Under the pieces are notes generated by a model. That model was given only the letters and a program-made list of their open reading frames with translations. It was not told the origin of the DNA and did no database searches. The translations under genes and the position numbers were made by a program. A DNA stretch of 63,760 nucleotides, filler included, from Bigelowiella natans CCMP2755 (taxonomy: Eukaryota; Protista; Cercozoa): the NCBI GenBank assembly GCA_000320545.1. It is 6 parts of 6 records of this genome, joined end to end, with 100 filler letters (N's around TTAATTAATTAA, not from the genome) between each part and the next. Parts side by side here need not be neighbours in the genome. Positions count along the whole stretch, not along the records: positions 1 to 14,323 come from ADNK01000270.1; positions 14,424 to 21,638 come from ADNK01003548.1; 4 more parts are not named here. One strand, 5' to 3'. Positions 1 through 17,210 of this stretch are shown here, in pieces. Position 1 is the stretch's first letter. The number at the start of each line of letters is the position of its first letter.

Positions 1-1013
1 TTCATAGCGTATACTTGTGAATGTGGGTGTATATGTGTTCTATTATGCGTACATGCTATGTAACGACGTGGTAGTAGCTAGTTCTACCTATGCATCCATT
101 GAACACGTCGCAGAGATGCCTGAATCTGAGAAAATTAAATTTGGTCAAAGTACGTCCATACAAAGGCCTTTTCTTTAATGAATTCGGCTTTATTCTTTAG
201 CCCTACACTATCTCAGCTCTCTTTCTTTGCTCCTCCCTGTCTTCTTGCACATCTGGTTCGTCGTGTATCGAGAGCTCCTTATCCTTAGCATCTGGATCTT
301 CGTGACCTATATAAAAATATGAGTGAGATTGCAGGGTACACAATGTGGATTTCCACATGCACCATTTCTATAATTTGTACCAATAGAAAGCTCAGAGTCG
401 TTCAGTAACGCATGAAGCGCCATTGTTTGGAAACGGGAATTGAGGCTGCACCCTACGACATCATTCATGTGCTATTTCACATGTGCGACAACAGAAGAGA
501 TGGCTGGTAAATACTGAAAGGCAGAAATGCTTTAGGGTTTAGAAATTAGACAAGCGACATCGATCTATCCTTGTCATTTCCTTGATTTCACCTACAAAAT
601 ATTGGTGATGTGGATCATCCTTCCAACTATCTAAGATCTTAGCGTCTTGAACTACACTTTTTTTGAGGATGGAGAGCCACTGCAACAATCGTGACAACAA
701 CAGCGCAGCCGGACATAGTCTTCCTCATTTTGGCATTTTCCTATACGGAATATATCCCTAAATTGCTGAGATATATTCAAAAATATATGTGAATGTGCGC
801 ATAAAAGAATTGAATAAAATTTATAAGCATTCTACTACATTATATGGTAAAACTACTATGGAAATGTTACTTTTTGAGCAAGAAGCCTGTCCTCTGTCTG
901 GCCCAGAGAGAGGTTGATCGCTTCACCATCGGAAACATCAGAATCCCCCCCTTACCAGACAGACAGTCTCGCATTTCGTTACAACTTGTAATCGGACACA
1001 CCGCGAAAAACAC

Positions 1014-2817
1014 ATGTTCTCTTGCAAGAGTCTTAGACGTGCGGTCCAAAGGTAGTTCCTCAACCTAAGATAGAGGTTATATTCTTTTTGCGTGTCTGCG
1101 AGCTACGTAAGGCGGCGCGGAGATTACAATTCGGGTGTCACTTGCAGTATGATTAAGAAGTTTGTAGCGTTTCATAAAATAATAGATATGCTTGAGAAAG
1201 CAAACAATTTTCGTGATCAGGCTCAACCGGGGTGGCACGCCTATGATGACCCCGCATCCTTTTCGCGGTGTCCAACTGCGATTGATGTCATCTCTTCCCG
1301 ATTACACCGAGCTTCCCATGCCTGCTCTCTCGCCGACAATGGAAGTTGGAACAATCGCAAAGTGGCAGGTTGAAATAGTGTTTAGTGGCGTGTTTTTACC
1401 ACTTCTCAATGTATCGTATCGTATTTCAGAAAAACGAGGGAGATGAAATCGCCGCTGGCGATGTACTGGCGGATGTTGAGACGGATAAAGCTGTCGTCGC
1501 TTTTGAATCCGTAGAGGAAGGGTAAAATCTCTTAAGTTAGGCAACGAGTCTGAAGGGTTGGCATTGTATTCACGGAGACCTCGAATACTCAAAAATACTG
1601 ATTACTATTTTTTGAAGAGCAAGAGATAATATTCCGGCCTATCCTTTGGATTTAAGCATTGAAATCTGTTCACAATCCAAAAATCATAAGTTTTGGCCCG
1701 AGTGTAGCCAAATAAAAATGAGTGCCTTATTAAAAAACGATATTTTCTTCGTTTTTCGTGTAGGTTTTTAGCGAAAATTCTTGTTGAGGAGGGCGCACCG
1801 GTAGGCGAATCAGCATGTGAATGGCATTTGTCCTCGATGCGACTTAAGTCCGTGTTTGGGACAAATCCATCAATATTTTGACACTCTTAGAATTATGTGA
1901 TATTCAATTTAGAGATTGTGCCGACCTTTAAAGTACTAGAAGTATGCTGTGTGTTAATTGTTCAAACCGACAACTGAGTGATTCATGACTATCTCACGGC
2001 TGTTAAAAATTAACAGGATATCCCAGTTGGTGCGGTTGTGGCGATCATGGTGGAGAGCGAAGATGACGTGGCGGTTATTTATTTTAACACTAACATTGTT
2101 GTGTCAATAACAATCGAACACCAGAACATCTGCACTAGTAGTCTCGAAGCAGGATGTTTGATGGAGCAAAATCCACGTCGACTTACATCGTCTGCATGCT
2201 TCCTATTTCTTTTCCTTCATGCTGAACAGGCCTTTAAGGACTTTAAGGCTGACGCAGCTGCTCCAGTATCCGCACCTCCAACTCCAGCTCCTGAGTCGGC
2301 CCCCGAGCCCGCACCGAGTACCCCGCCCCCAGAACCTGCACAACCCCCAAAAACTGCTGCGCCTCTGCCCCCAGCTCCAGCAGAAGGTCGTGATACTTAT
2401 TTTATTGTGTCCTCGCAAGTTTTCCTTTGCGTGATTATACATTTATAGAATTTTTATGCCACAATGCGCCTTGAGATTCTTGCAATATCGGTCATAATGG
2501 GATGTTTGTTCCATGTTATATGTGGAATGCTTTAGTACCTGTCGTTGCTGCTACTGTGGAGGTTCCGATGTCGGCCGAGCCCGAAGAGGATTTCGGCGAT
2601 ATGGAGGTAGAACAGCGTAGTGCTGCTGCGAACAATTATATTTCGAGGAAACTGTGAAAAAAGAATAAATGGCACCCTATCACAAGTTTATCAGGGCAGA
2701 GTCTTGCATCAATTTTCCGGGTATACTGGATCACATTCTTATTTCATTGTTCTTTCAAACCAAAAACTGTAGGTGGTACAGGATGAATGGTCCGGATGGT
2801 ACGTTAAGCAGGTTTAA
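1014..2817 (+). CDS. Mitochondrial stand-alone lipoyl-domain protein (PDH E2/protein X-like N-terminus only), about 8 exons
   Basis: Spliced by eye over GT-AG introns: presequence-like MFSCKSLRRAVQRLNRGG..., then ELPMPALSPTMEVGTIAKWQ|KNEGDEIAAGDVLADVETDKAVVAFESVEEG|FLAKILVEEGAP|DIPVGAVVAIMVESEDDVA|AFKDF (lipoyl motif ETDKA), a Pro/Ala linker, and VVQDEWSGWYVKQV-stop. Confidence 0.85.
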
Positions 2818-4186
2818 ACAGTGATCAATTCACTTCGACTGAGACATCACTAACATAAAATTCAGCGGGGTGTCTACATTTTCGATGCGCACACATCCTT
2901 ACCAACTCAAACTGTGTGGCTGACGTCTTATGCAAGCCTAGCCTCACAGTTGTTTTCTACATTTCTCGCCACGCGCTGTGTAGTAGTTGCTAGGTGCTAT
3001 AGTTAATTTGATCCCACGGCACGATGAAATTTAAAAACTACTTCATTCGCGTTGTTTATGCACAATAATAGCGACTGTTGCATTCAAGTCATGTGTCTTT
3101 GATGCATTCTTGCCACGTACATGTTTGTGCTGTCATGCATGCGCAGGAGACAACAGTTGCGAGCGATTCGTCGGCACATTGTGCAGTCTAGCTAGGTTAT
3201 TGCCCAGCAGTTCTGATATATATGCTGTGATCGAGCACGTCTGACGTCTGTCATGTATCTACATTGCAGTCACTAATTGTGGCGCCCCACACACATGCTG
3301 GCATTTTTGCACGCGTACACGCCATATCACCTCGCAGGCGACATTGCTGCGTTCTAGCGTTGTGTAGGTCCATTCTTATATTCTATATAGAAGACAATCC
3401 ATCAGATGTGTACATGTGGCTACACGTCATCTAGCTAACTATTAGCTAGCTAGCTAGCTGTCGTGCACTTCTATACACTGTCGCAGCCATAGACCAGTCT
3501 AGCAGTGTAGCTAGACTGACATTAGCGCTGGCATGTATGTATCGTTGGCAGCTATGAGACGGATGTAATGAAGAATTAAATTTTTTCAATGGTCATCCTG
3601 ATGTAGCTGTGCAATGCAGCGGCTACAGCGCTAATGTTACATCTGTTGGCAGCTATATAGCTACCACTTTACACAGATGTACATTAGGATGACCGCCATG
3701 CATTATTGAAAAATTATATTACATAATAGACACAGTAATACAGTAATACTATACATATTACATTACATATATATTGTATTACATGTCTATCATTTACAAT
3801 TTGTTGTTTCATCACACCCGTCTTATAGCTAGATTGACATGCAATAAGGCAGCGTTCGTGCATGACGATAATGACGATCGATGTTTAATACATCGTTTAA
3901 GATAGGTGTCATGCTTTGCGTGTTGGGAGAGCCACGCGCGTAAGACACCTTAAGTGCAGGTGCATGACAAGCCCACAGATAGCAATGCATCAGCACACAA
4001 ATACGGGACAATGTCCCACTTATCGAATTTGTTTTCTCTTCATTGCACTGACGATGTCATCAAATTGTAATGGATGTCCACTGTAGTTTTTGCTATTAGT
4101 TTTGGGTACAAGTCGAAGAAATTAATGTACTTGTCTGACTTACACACACTTGGAAATGTGTTTTATATTTTTTGTTGAAGCAATCT

Positions 4187-5902
4187 CTAAAATCGGCCAA
4201 AAGCACAGTTGAAAAGCGACCTGCACACGGACCTATCCACCTGAAAAACATACGTCATGATACGGGCATATCTCTGTTTTAAAATTCTCCACAAGAACCT
4301 TTTTGGTAACTCTGCAACAAATGATACTGTCCCCAGCTTCGACCCACTCCAAGGTTCTTATGTCTTCTGAATCAATATCTCTTCTTGGTGGCCACAGTTG
4401 CTTGCCCCTGAAAAATTTTCATTAGTTATGCGTAATAAGGCAGCATTAGATTTCTTTACCTGTAGAAAAATTTTAGTATCTTCTCATCGTCTATATCTTT
4501 TGTAAGTTCTTTGTCAGATTTGAGTTCCTCCTCTTCGCTAAGTCTCTCCTGTGATGATAACGTTCATCATAAAAATCAAAACTGAATCTTAGATATCTCT
4601 CAAAGGGAAAAAGTGCACTCTTAGTATTCTATGAATCAAATTATATGACCTTCATCAACCCATCTAAATCCTCTACCAACATCTTATCTGGGATGGCGAA
4701 CATGTAGGTCTCGAAATTAAGTTTCACAAGGACAATCTTCATCCCCTCAAGACCAGGAATTCTCCTGGGTCTTTTTGAGTCAGTAAATTCAGCCGGTGAA
4801 ATTTTTCGAATGAAATATGCAGAAGCTTTGAGCACTCCCATGGAATCAAGGACTCGTACAGATTTAGAAGGCATGCTTAGTTGCTTCTGAGGTTGGCTGT
4901 CCTGTGTTTGCGTTTTTAACGCTTCCATAGTCACTGAAGTGTTGGGTTAAGAATGGATTTAAGTAATACAGCCATTTTGTTTCAATATTGATCTTAGAGT
5001 GCTTTGTGCATAGCGTGCTTCACCGTACCGGTATTTTTAAGGAACAATAGATGTGGTTTCGAGGAGGTAGGGACCAAAGATGGCTGTGTGTCTAGTGATA
5101 AGTATTTCCACTTTATCGAATATAGGACTATTTCAAACTGCGACATCCATTATTTCGAGACGTCAATTATTTTTTAAGGAAGAGGATACCATCAGCCCAG
5201 ACTTCTGCTGCAAAATCCTCTTAAAATCAACTTTTAGTACATTTTTCTCTAAAAGAGATTGTCGCATAAAATTATTATTATGTTTCGGGATTTTCCAAAG
5301 CCGTAAATCGATACATGCAGTGCTGAAGCATGTTCCAGCTGTGTACACGACAAAAAATGAGAATACCAGCGCCTTCAGCTACCCCTTGCCTGATGCCGGG
5401 AATAACGGGTTTTGTGCTGTTCTTGGTATTGATAGATAATGCATGCCGTTTCATGTGAAATAATAACGCAGCATTCCTCATTCTTTCAAATTCGGCGTAA
5501 CTCCAAACTTGAACGGAAACAGACGTACGATTCGTATTTGCATTGCGGCGCTCAAACACTTCTTCTTCTCCTCCTGAATGGCGTGCTTACATCAAAATTC
5601 ACGATGTATCACGTATACAGTAGCCGATGAAGAACACTCAAGAATTTTTGTGATGCTAAAAAAGACGCCCCAACCGTTCGCTCTTGCACTAATGTTTTCG
5701 TTGATCCATTATTAATATCCTTCTTTCTCATCGATCTGGGTAGCGGAAGGATTAAAAACGCGACGAAAGCTTCAATTGTTATCGTGTTAATACCACAGCA
5801 AATATAGAAGTGTCTAACACCTCGTAATCGGTGAAATAGCGATGAATGGGGCTGTGATGTGATAGATAAATCAGAAATTCCGCTGTGATCTTCCGACATC
5901 AT
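4187..5902 (-). CDS. Multi-exon hypothetical protein with a C-terminal ubiquitin-like segment
   Basis: Stacked minus-strand ORFs joined by short GT-AG introns. The C-terminus MKIVLVKLNFETYMFAIPDKMLVEDLDGLMK...KILKFFYR|GKQL...IRTLEWVEAGDSIIC resembles the ubiquitin LIFAGKQL..RTL pattern. Ends approximate. Confidence 0.5.
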
Positions 5903-7453
5903 GCTTCCCCTTTTATTAATAAGGAAAATTTTAATAGCATTGGGATGTTATTATTGATTAATCTTGAAGCAGCTGATCAGTTGTCACGCTATCATCGTCG
6001 ACTCTAGCAGTTTCTGCCATTTCAGGAAATAAATGAACCCACATCTAGCACTTCTTTAGATCTAACAACATGTGAGCTGTATTTGTCAAAGTAGTGCTTA
6101 TGACGACAGGAAGAGATACATTTGTTCATAGTTATTCAGTTTTCAGGATTCATTCAAGCGTGTACGTGTGTGTAGCACATGTGCATTTACGTCGTTCACA
6201 TGTATCAAATAGGCACATGTGCACTTTTCGTATCCACACGTACACCACATGCAACCACATGGGACCATTATGGGCTCCATCACATCTCAGCATGTATACA
6301 TGACCCTGTAATTTGCATTGCACGGGGTGACACTCTCTAGCGCTGTGTCACGATGAGCGCTTGAATTCTTCCGACATGTCACTGTGGGCCAGATTGAACG
6401 AACACATCTAGCCATGTGATTCAGCTGTGTCACAGCTTCTGCACGTTTAACGTTCTTGCATTGTTTTGCCATCGGCGTGCCTTCTCATCGTGGCAGGCGA
6501 ACCGAACTAGTCGCTGTAGCGCGAGAGCGACAGCCATGCCAACCTGTACAATTTGCCGCGTGTGCTGCACAAGCGTAGCAGCGTTTTGTTCTTAAGTTTT
6601 GCTCATCGGCGCACGGCGGCCGCTCTAGCTAGCGCTGTGCGGCAAGCATCGATCGATCGATTAGCGTGAGCAACGCTGGGTCATTTTGAGAAGTGCAGCA
6701 TGCGCGATCGACAAATGCCATTCACTACACTCACTAGCTCATCACATGGGGTTTAGCCCTCGCTAGTATGCTCTAGTACTAGCTCGCTATTGCCTGGCCA
6801 ATTGAAGCTATCAAGTGGTACTTGCAATCTGCGATGGCACGTAGCGCATGCAGATATGCAGACGTGTCATTTTGCGTCTCGATCCATGCATGAGCGGTGG
6901 TCCGATCCACTCGCATCGAGGATCATCATTGTGATCATGCATGCATGCGACAAGCCCCTTGCTAGCTTGTGACACCCATTGCTCTGCCTCCAGCCCAAGA
7001 GCCTTTTTTGCATAACTGTCCTATCTAGCTATTCTAGCTAGATGTTTCATGCCCTCCAATGCACATGTCTCTATGATGACAATCATCATGCATGAAAGCA
7101 ATTGTGTGTTTGATTCAATGATCTGTATCGTACGCCCTGCAATGTCTTTACATCACGCACTTTACGAATGATTTTGATGTGTGCGTGTGACAGCACTGCA
7201 AGCTAAGTGATTAACACGTCATGCACACAGCCGCTTGATGCTTCTCATTGCACACCTTCTCATTGTTCGCATGTACGAATGTAGCATCCTGCCACTCATG
7301 TGCATAATAACAAATGCCATCAAATTAGTTTTTCAATATGTTTCTTGAACATTGTATCTCACGAATTAAGATACCTTATTTGGTAAAACTGATGAAATAT
7401 ATTTTCACGTGCGCTTCGGGGTAAGCAGTAATGCAATGTATAGATGTTTGTAG

Positions 7454-9403
<1,950 letters not shown>

Positions 9404-9409
9404 TCACAT

Positions 9410-9586
9410 TGTTTTCTTTCTTCTTTTTCTTTTTCTTCTTCTTTTTCTTTTTCTTCTTCTTTTTCTTCTTCTTCTTCTTCTTCTTCTTCTTCTTCTTCTT
9501 CTTCTTCTTCTTCTTCTTCTTCTTCTTCTTCTTCTTCTTTTTCTTCTTCTTCTTCTTCTTCTTCTTCTTCTTCTTCTTCTTCTTCT
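9410..9586. repeat. (TTC)n microsatellite
   Basis: About 175 nt of near-perfect TTC repeats. Confidence 0.97.
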
Positions 9587-10080
9587 GCCTCGCATCTTCT
9601 TCATCAGCACGAATGACATCTTGGCGAAGTGCACGTGTGTCTGAGTGCATTACACACTGCAATGTCAAGAGACACGTGCATCACGTGTGCGCATTCCTGA
9701 ACACGTGCTCGCGCACATGGCCACCCCTAGCATCACTAGACCCAGCTAGCCAGATGCATGCTGGCATGTGTGCACGTGCACGCACTGTGCAACTCTAGAA
9801 CTGTTCCAGTGCAGAATGCTCCGCAAACAACACAATGGACACTGTGCACACAATGTGAACTGGTGTGCATGCGAGCTGCACACGTGCTCAAGTGCTGTGT
9901 GATTAGCATCATGCTCGCATTGTTTCCTTGAATGTTGTGCGCAAGACGTGCAACGCGGATGAGCGGAGCTCACACTAGCACATGCGATGCTTTGCACGTC
10001 TGAGGTCACGCAGACAGCAGAGATGGAGAGAAGGATCGGAGAGAGAGCGAGCTAGATCGGCCAGATCGAAACAACTAGAC

Positions 10081-10121
<41 letters not shown>

Positions 10122-10346
10122 TTCTAGCTTGCTAGCCATGTCCACAGTTTAACCGTGGAGAAAACTAGCTAGCTAGAGAGAAGGGGGAGAGAAAGATGAG
10201 AACTCTACGTGTGTCACGACGTGCCGCGCACAAATGCAGAACGAACATACAGTCACTCCTTTAATCAGTTTAGTAAAGTTGAATGAAAGTCGATGATTGT
10301 CGCAATGCTGTATGTAACATGCTGGTCATGCAGATCTAGGAATATT

Positions 10347-11222
10347 TTATGAAAGTGGCTTCATCGATTTCATGCCCTTTACTAGATCACTGCCTTTTGG
10401 TCTAAGCGAAGGACTTCCATCGACCCTAACGGTTGGCCTCTTTGTAGTCGTAACTGCATTCATGTTGAATATGTGTCTAAGGAGATCTGATATACTGATA
10501 ACACCCAAAGGTCGCAGTCCTTCCTTTGGGTTGGCAACGAACACTCGATGCATCTTCACTACTGCCAGCTTGGCGACTACATGGGCAAGGCTATTCGAGG
10601 GCTTCACGCTGACAACAGTCAGAACGATAATAAATGGGAGAATGAGGGGGGAAATTGAAAATTATTGAAAAATATGCAGTAGCACCTAACGTTTGGGAGT
10701 AAATCGTCGAGTTCCTGCTGACGTACCTGAACCGTGCAAAGTACATAAGATAATTCATCCTTGCTTTCTATTCTCTACCAGTCACAAGTCATGAACAGGT
10801 ACAAGCACAACACATTGTAGCATGTTTATACCTCTGCAAGGAACTGACGTATAGGCTTTCTCAAAAGACTTAAGTCTTGCTTCAATAAGTACAACTTCAG
10901 ATCAGAAGCTGGAGGTGATTAGAACATATTTGTTAGTGAGAAATGGCCAGCTTCTTAAACACAGCCACACAACTCTCACAAATCTGAAGAGATAATCGTA
11001 TTACCACCATTCACACGATCATCCATCAGCATCACTGCTCCCCCATTCATCATTAATGCATTTTGATCATAATTCGCCCCGGTATGACTACCTTGCGTGC
11101 TGCATAAAAATGTGCCGATCGAATCTACAACCGCAATTCCGCTCAGATTCTTATCTGACATCACCTGCGTTACAGAAATCTTACACCATCAAATGGAGGA
11201 TAATTATTTTTTCTTTTGTATC

Positions 11223-11257
<35 letters not shown>

Positions 11258-11888
11258 CATACACAACAGACACAACAGACACACACGCACGAGCGCACAC
11301 AAAATCTATCTGTTTGCACATATATGTGTGTTAATGTATGTTGTATAATGTATAAATGTGTGCGTTGATCATTGTGGACGTATCTATATACTATAAATTT
11401 GATATCCGCATGGTCTCTACAGAGAACTTGAACGAAAAGATTATACGCTGCACTACTACATTAGTACCTTGAACACCTCAGCAGCAACAGCGTCCTTGTG
11501 AACGGAAACTACTTCTTTCGTGCCTATCTCTGATGCACTAACCTTTGCCAGCTCGGATTGGATTTTTTTCTGATTAATGGGTGCGAGACCATTAGCATCA
11601 GACCGGAATACCAATCTTCCAAACACTCATTCACACTTAGAGGAAGGGAGGGTCAAAGAGGAGAAAGATGAAGGGAAGGAAACCTCCTGTAGATTATTGC
11701 TCAGTAATCTCATCACGGAAGACTGCGATACGATGTTAACGAGCTTGCCGTTCTCATCAACTACAGGGATACGCTTGATACGCCGAGCCATGAGCTTCAT
11801 AGCCTAATCGAATGATAAGCAAGTCTATCTTTGCTTCGATCAATCAGTAAATGATATGTAAATAGAATATGTATGTATATAATATATA

Positions 11889-11926
<38 letters not shown>

Positions 11927-12686
11927 TTTACCGCAGTGAATACTGACCAGTTGACTCTGTAAAGCATTTTTTTGAAAAAAATCTTTCGACCCTCACATTT
12001 TTTATCATGAGCATGCACATTCCAAAATGTTTAATGTTGTGGTGAGGTCATTACGTCCCACAACGAGGCTTCAGGACCAAGCGGTTTGAATGGATTTCTC
12101 CTTGCAAGGTAGCGAACCGTTATCGTTGGTTCTAGAGCCTGGACGGAAAAAAAGAATGTGTGAAGTAATAGGGCGATATATACATGCATTACATACTTGC
12201 ACATAAACAATAAATAGCATTTGGAGTCTATTAATATACTAGACAGAACAGCAAATCGCCTTTGAAACTGTCCCCTAATTCTTTAAAGGTTGCAATTGCC
12301 GGTGATACCGCAATGTCGATGATGCGATCCAAGTGGCTCCGCTTGTTTTCGTCGCTTTTCTCATTTGAGTTGTTCGGACCACTTTCCTTCTTCTCTCGAT
12401 CCCAGCTCTTTCGACGCTGTTTGGGTTGGTTTTCGTAGAGATGGTTCACGTAGGAGACAAGGTCGCGCACGTCCAGGAAACCGATCCATTTGCCATTCTC
12501 GTGCACCGGGGCGGAAAGAATATTATTTTTCATGAGCTCCCGGAAAGCTTCTATGAGAGAGACATCTGACTTCACTGTTATCACCTTCTTCATGGGTGTT
12601 TGAAGCACATTGTTGCTGAGTTTAAGCTCTTTGCACATAGTCATTAAATTCGTGTATTTCGACTCAGGTTCAGATTTGGCCGCCAT
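10347..12686 (-). CDS. Four-CBS-domain protein (AMPK-gamma/Sds23-like), multi-exon
   Basis: CBS repeats VITVKSDVSLIEAFRELMKNNILSAPV...IGFLDVRDLV; MKLMARRIKRIPVVDENGKLVNIVSQSSV; MSDKNLSGIAVVDS; VKPSNSLAHVVAKLAVVKMHRVFV...GVISISDLL. Confidence 0.9.
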
Positions 12687-13539
12687 CGTTCTAATTTTCC
12701 CCCCCTTTATCGATTTTGTCCCGATATGTGATCGCCTAAATTTGAACATTTTGAATTCAAGGTTTAGCAGTTATCAGATTGCAATACATGGTGAAGTATG
12801 GTTGTGATAAAAATGCATTGTTAACACAAACGCGGCAATCTCTGTATTCCGAAGGGGTTGCCAAGCACCAACGCTTAGTGTGTTCTCACTGAAATTCTGA
12901 TTGCTATGAAATCACCCTAAATACCTATCCCAAGCACCAAGAAACTAAGTTTGAAAGGTATAATGATGTATGTTAGGACGCGCCCAACCCAACCTTCTTT
13001 TCGAGCTCTGGTTGGTTCAAGTGCCAACTGGACTCGAAAGAAGACGGAGAACTTTTAAATATTTTGCTTCGTTGGTGAACGACATTAAAAATACTAAAAA
13101 CTAGAAGAAATTAGATTTGATCTGGCTCTCGAAACCTCCTTGTCAAATCTCTCTGCAGTCTTAAATTTGAACGAGTTCCGATTCGAGCGCAGATTTTGCA
13201 GGAACGACATGTCAATAATCTTGACGTAAGCTGTGGACAAAGGCGACCTCGTCACGAACCTCACAGCACACGCGAGCTCGTGCCAGTGTTAGATCTAGTC
13301 AATTCTGTGTTTGTCCCCTTTTGGAGAAAACAAGGAAGATGGACGTTGCATCAGAAGAGCATCCTCCTTCTTTTTTCATGTGCGACTCAATTTCTGATCT
13401 TTGTTGAAAGTACCCCTGTTGCCACGTCACATTGTGAGGCGAGTGCTCCTGGAAATTTCGTCTTTTTTTGGCTTTCATGGTTGTACATCATGTCGACATC
13501 AGTCTCTAGTCTTTCTTTTGGATCTGCTCCAAAGTTTGT

Positions 13540-13611
13540 TTCACACTGCAAATGTCTTGCAACATTTGGAAATGTGGTTCGTCATCATTGTTCATTGTTC
13601 ATTGTTCATTG
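13540..13611 (-). repeat. Dispersed repeat family, partial copy A
   Basis: Reverse complement (AATGAAC)n-AATGATGACGAACCACATTTCCAAATGTTGCAAGACATTTGCAGTGTG matches the copies at 19587 and 43763. Confidence 0.85.
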
Positions 13612-14088
13612 TTTCCACATGGAAACCTTGAATTTTCTTTCCTGTCCTTGACTGCTCCATGGAACGCCTCTGCACCGTCTGGACTGCATTGAACGTCGAG
13701 TGCCAGAGTGGTTGCCTGAATGCTGTAGCGCGTACCACTACGCGGGCACAAGTCACGTGCGACAACAAAGGGGTTGTCGCGGATATAGAATATAGATAAC
13801 GTAGATATTAATACAGCATAGGCACGTGGGTTCCGGCGGGACTCATGGCAGCACACCGGAAGTGTGCTGCCCCACGTGCGGCGGCATTCGCGAAAGCTTC
13901 GCGAATGATTACGCAGTGCACGATTTAATAAAAATATAATCTTTAATAAAAATAAACACAACTCTTCAAAAGGAAGCAAACGTGCCTTTCCCCCCCCCTG
14001 CCTACTTGTGCACGTAGCGCCTCGGCCTGTGAACACCTTACGCGCAACAACCTTTGGCTTCCACACACGGGAAACGATTTGACTAACA

Positions 14089-14323
14089 ATGTCACAGCAG
14101 CTAGAAGAACAGCAGGACTTTGGCTCGCAGGCCGTGCAAGGGCACGAGCAGAAACAGGAAAGGAAGGGCGATACGGACGCTAAGGAAGGAGGAGGAACAC
14201 CTCCACAGGCACCGCCGGGACCAGCACCCGGGATTAAGAAAGCAGATGCAGCAGCAGAGCACTGGAGAACTTCTACGAGCGGACGACGAGGACGTGCCGC
14301 CGAAAGCAAGAAGGTCGTATGGC
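14089..14323 (+). CDS. 5' fragment of a hypothetical protein, cut by the contig end
   Basis: ATG preceded by ACA and an open, hydrophilic frame (MSQQLEEQQDF...) running into the spacer. Confidence 0.4.
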
Positions 14324-14423
14324 NNNNNNNNNNNNNNNNNNNNNNNNNNNNNNNNNNNNNNNNNNNNTTAATTAATTAANNNNNNNNNNNNNNNNNNNNN
14401 NNNNNNNNNNNNNNNNNNNNNNN
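14324..14423. other. Artificial contig spacer (N44-TTAATTAATTAA-N44)
   Basis: Ns around a 12-mer with stop codons in all six frames; the same spacer occurs five times. Confidence 0.98.
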
Positions 14424-15488
<1,065 letters not shown>

Positions 15489-16218
15489 CGAGAAAAGGTT
15501 ATCGTTCTGCAGGAATCGTTCTGTACGAATCGAAGCACGAAGATTCGGGCAGCACAAAACACGCGACAATTCTTTATATTTACGAAAAAGGTCTACATTT
15601 TACTTCTGAGACTTCAGATATTGAATTTCCAAAGGGTAATTTAGAGATTTTTCGACGTGTTGGATCGAGGCTTTGATCTTAAAATCCTGCAGGCCAAGCG
15701 CCAGCGGCAGAGATATCCACTGAACGCAGATCTTTCCAAACTTACAAAAACCGCTCACATTCAGCAGGAAATCGAGATCCGTGATGATGTCGCGACAATG
15801 TTCTACTGGAAATATCTCTGTCCTGCTTCTCGTATCAACCAAAACTTGGTCTGAAGCTCCTTTGGCGCACCACTTTAGGACGACGACACCGTTACCAACC
15901 TTAAGCCTTGCGCGACGTACCAGCTTCGTAGATCGACCAAGGAATCGAAAGCGATTTCCGCACGATCCGCCTGCTCGGAATACTCGTGGCAACACGGCCA
16001 AACATCCTAGCAATGTTTCCTGCGAGGAGAAAAGTTCTCCGTCTCTCGTTTGGCGGGAAGGCTGCGCTCCGTTTTGTCTCTACGTCTTGATTCTGTCGGT
16101 ATTATAGGGTAAAAATGTAGTATATTTTTGGTTTTGATGAGATGTCAGGAAAAAGTTATTTCTGAGATATTTCGAACCGAGAGCAACCCCCCCTTCCTAA
16201 AAAAGAACGAACAGAATC

Positions 16219-17135
16219 ATGTCGATGTGTGACTGGGAAGCGAACTTAAACACCTACTGGATTAAGGTTGAGTGTGATGTGTGTTTTTGATAATGGGAGA
16301 AGATCTCTATGCACAGCTACTCAAATATGTTTTTGTGTTTTTGTGTTGTTCGCAATAGTATGCAAGCAAAGTGAGCTCGAGGGACAAATTGTATCGTTTC
16401 TTCCAGTACTTCGCAAAGATGATGCACTTCCAGGTCTTGAACTATTCAATTTGCATGCAAAATTAAAGGTGCTCATTTCTCCTCGTCACACTTTGCCGAT
16501 CTTTCTCGCAGCTCAAGCAATCCGGTGCTCCATCTGAGACGGTGAAGTGGGTTAAGCATGTGTCATCGACCCTCTCAACAGGTCGGATCTCTCTTTGATA
16601 TGATGCGAGGGCATGAAACGATGGGGCCCTGACCGGTTGCGATGTGCGAGATAAAGCAGATGGTGTATACAGCTCATTTCATTTGCTGTACTCCGTGTGT
16701 ATGTGTGTATGTTCATTCCTTCCAGGACGTAAGTTTATTCGCTTGGGCAAATTTGTTGACAACTTGTACAAGGTTTTGTGTAACACATGAGAGAGCGACA
16801 CTTCTGATCAATTTCCGACGACTGAAAACAGGAAGGCAAGTGTGCTCTCCGCATCTGTGTTGAAACATACATGCGGCATCATTTGTAGGCGTACAAGCAC
16901 CTCTGCAAGTACTCAATCTCGCTCACTTCTGAGAAGGAGCTCGTCCAGGTAGCATTGCAACAAGATGCTAAAGAGGAAGGGCTTCTTGTTGATCTTGGGT
17001 TCTTCCTGCGTCCTCATCTCACCAATAATCCTCATCCTTAGGTGATGACGCTAATGTCTTACATCGCGGATACGATCTTCTACGTCTGGGATTTTATCGT
17101 GTGGGGAGAGGCTGCAAAGGTGATATATTTTCCTA

Positions 17136-17210
<75 letters not shown>

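Noticed and set aside
190-740. Possible small minus-strand spliced gene
   Set aside because: Exon-like pieces are present, but I could not build a consistent frame or recognise a domain.
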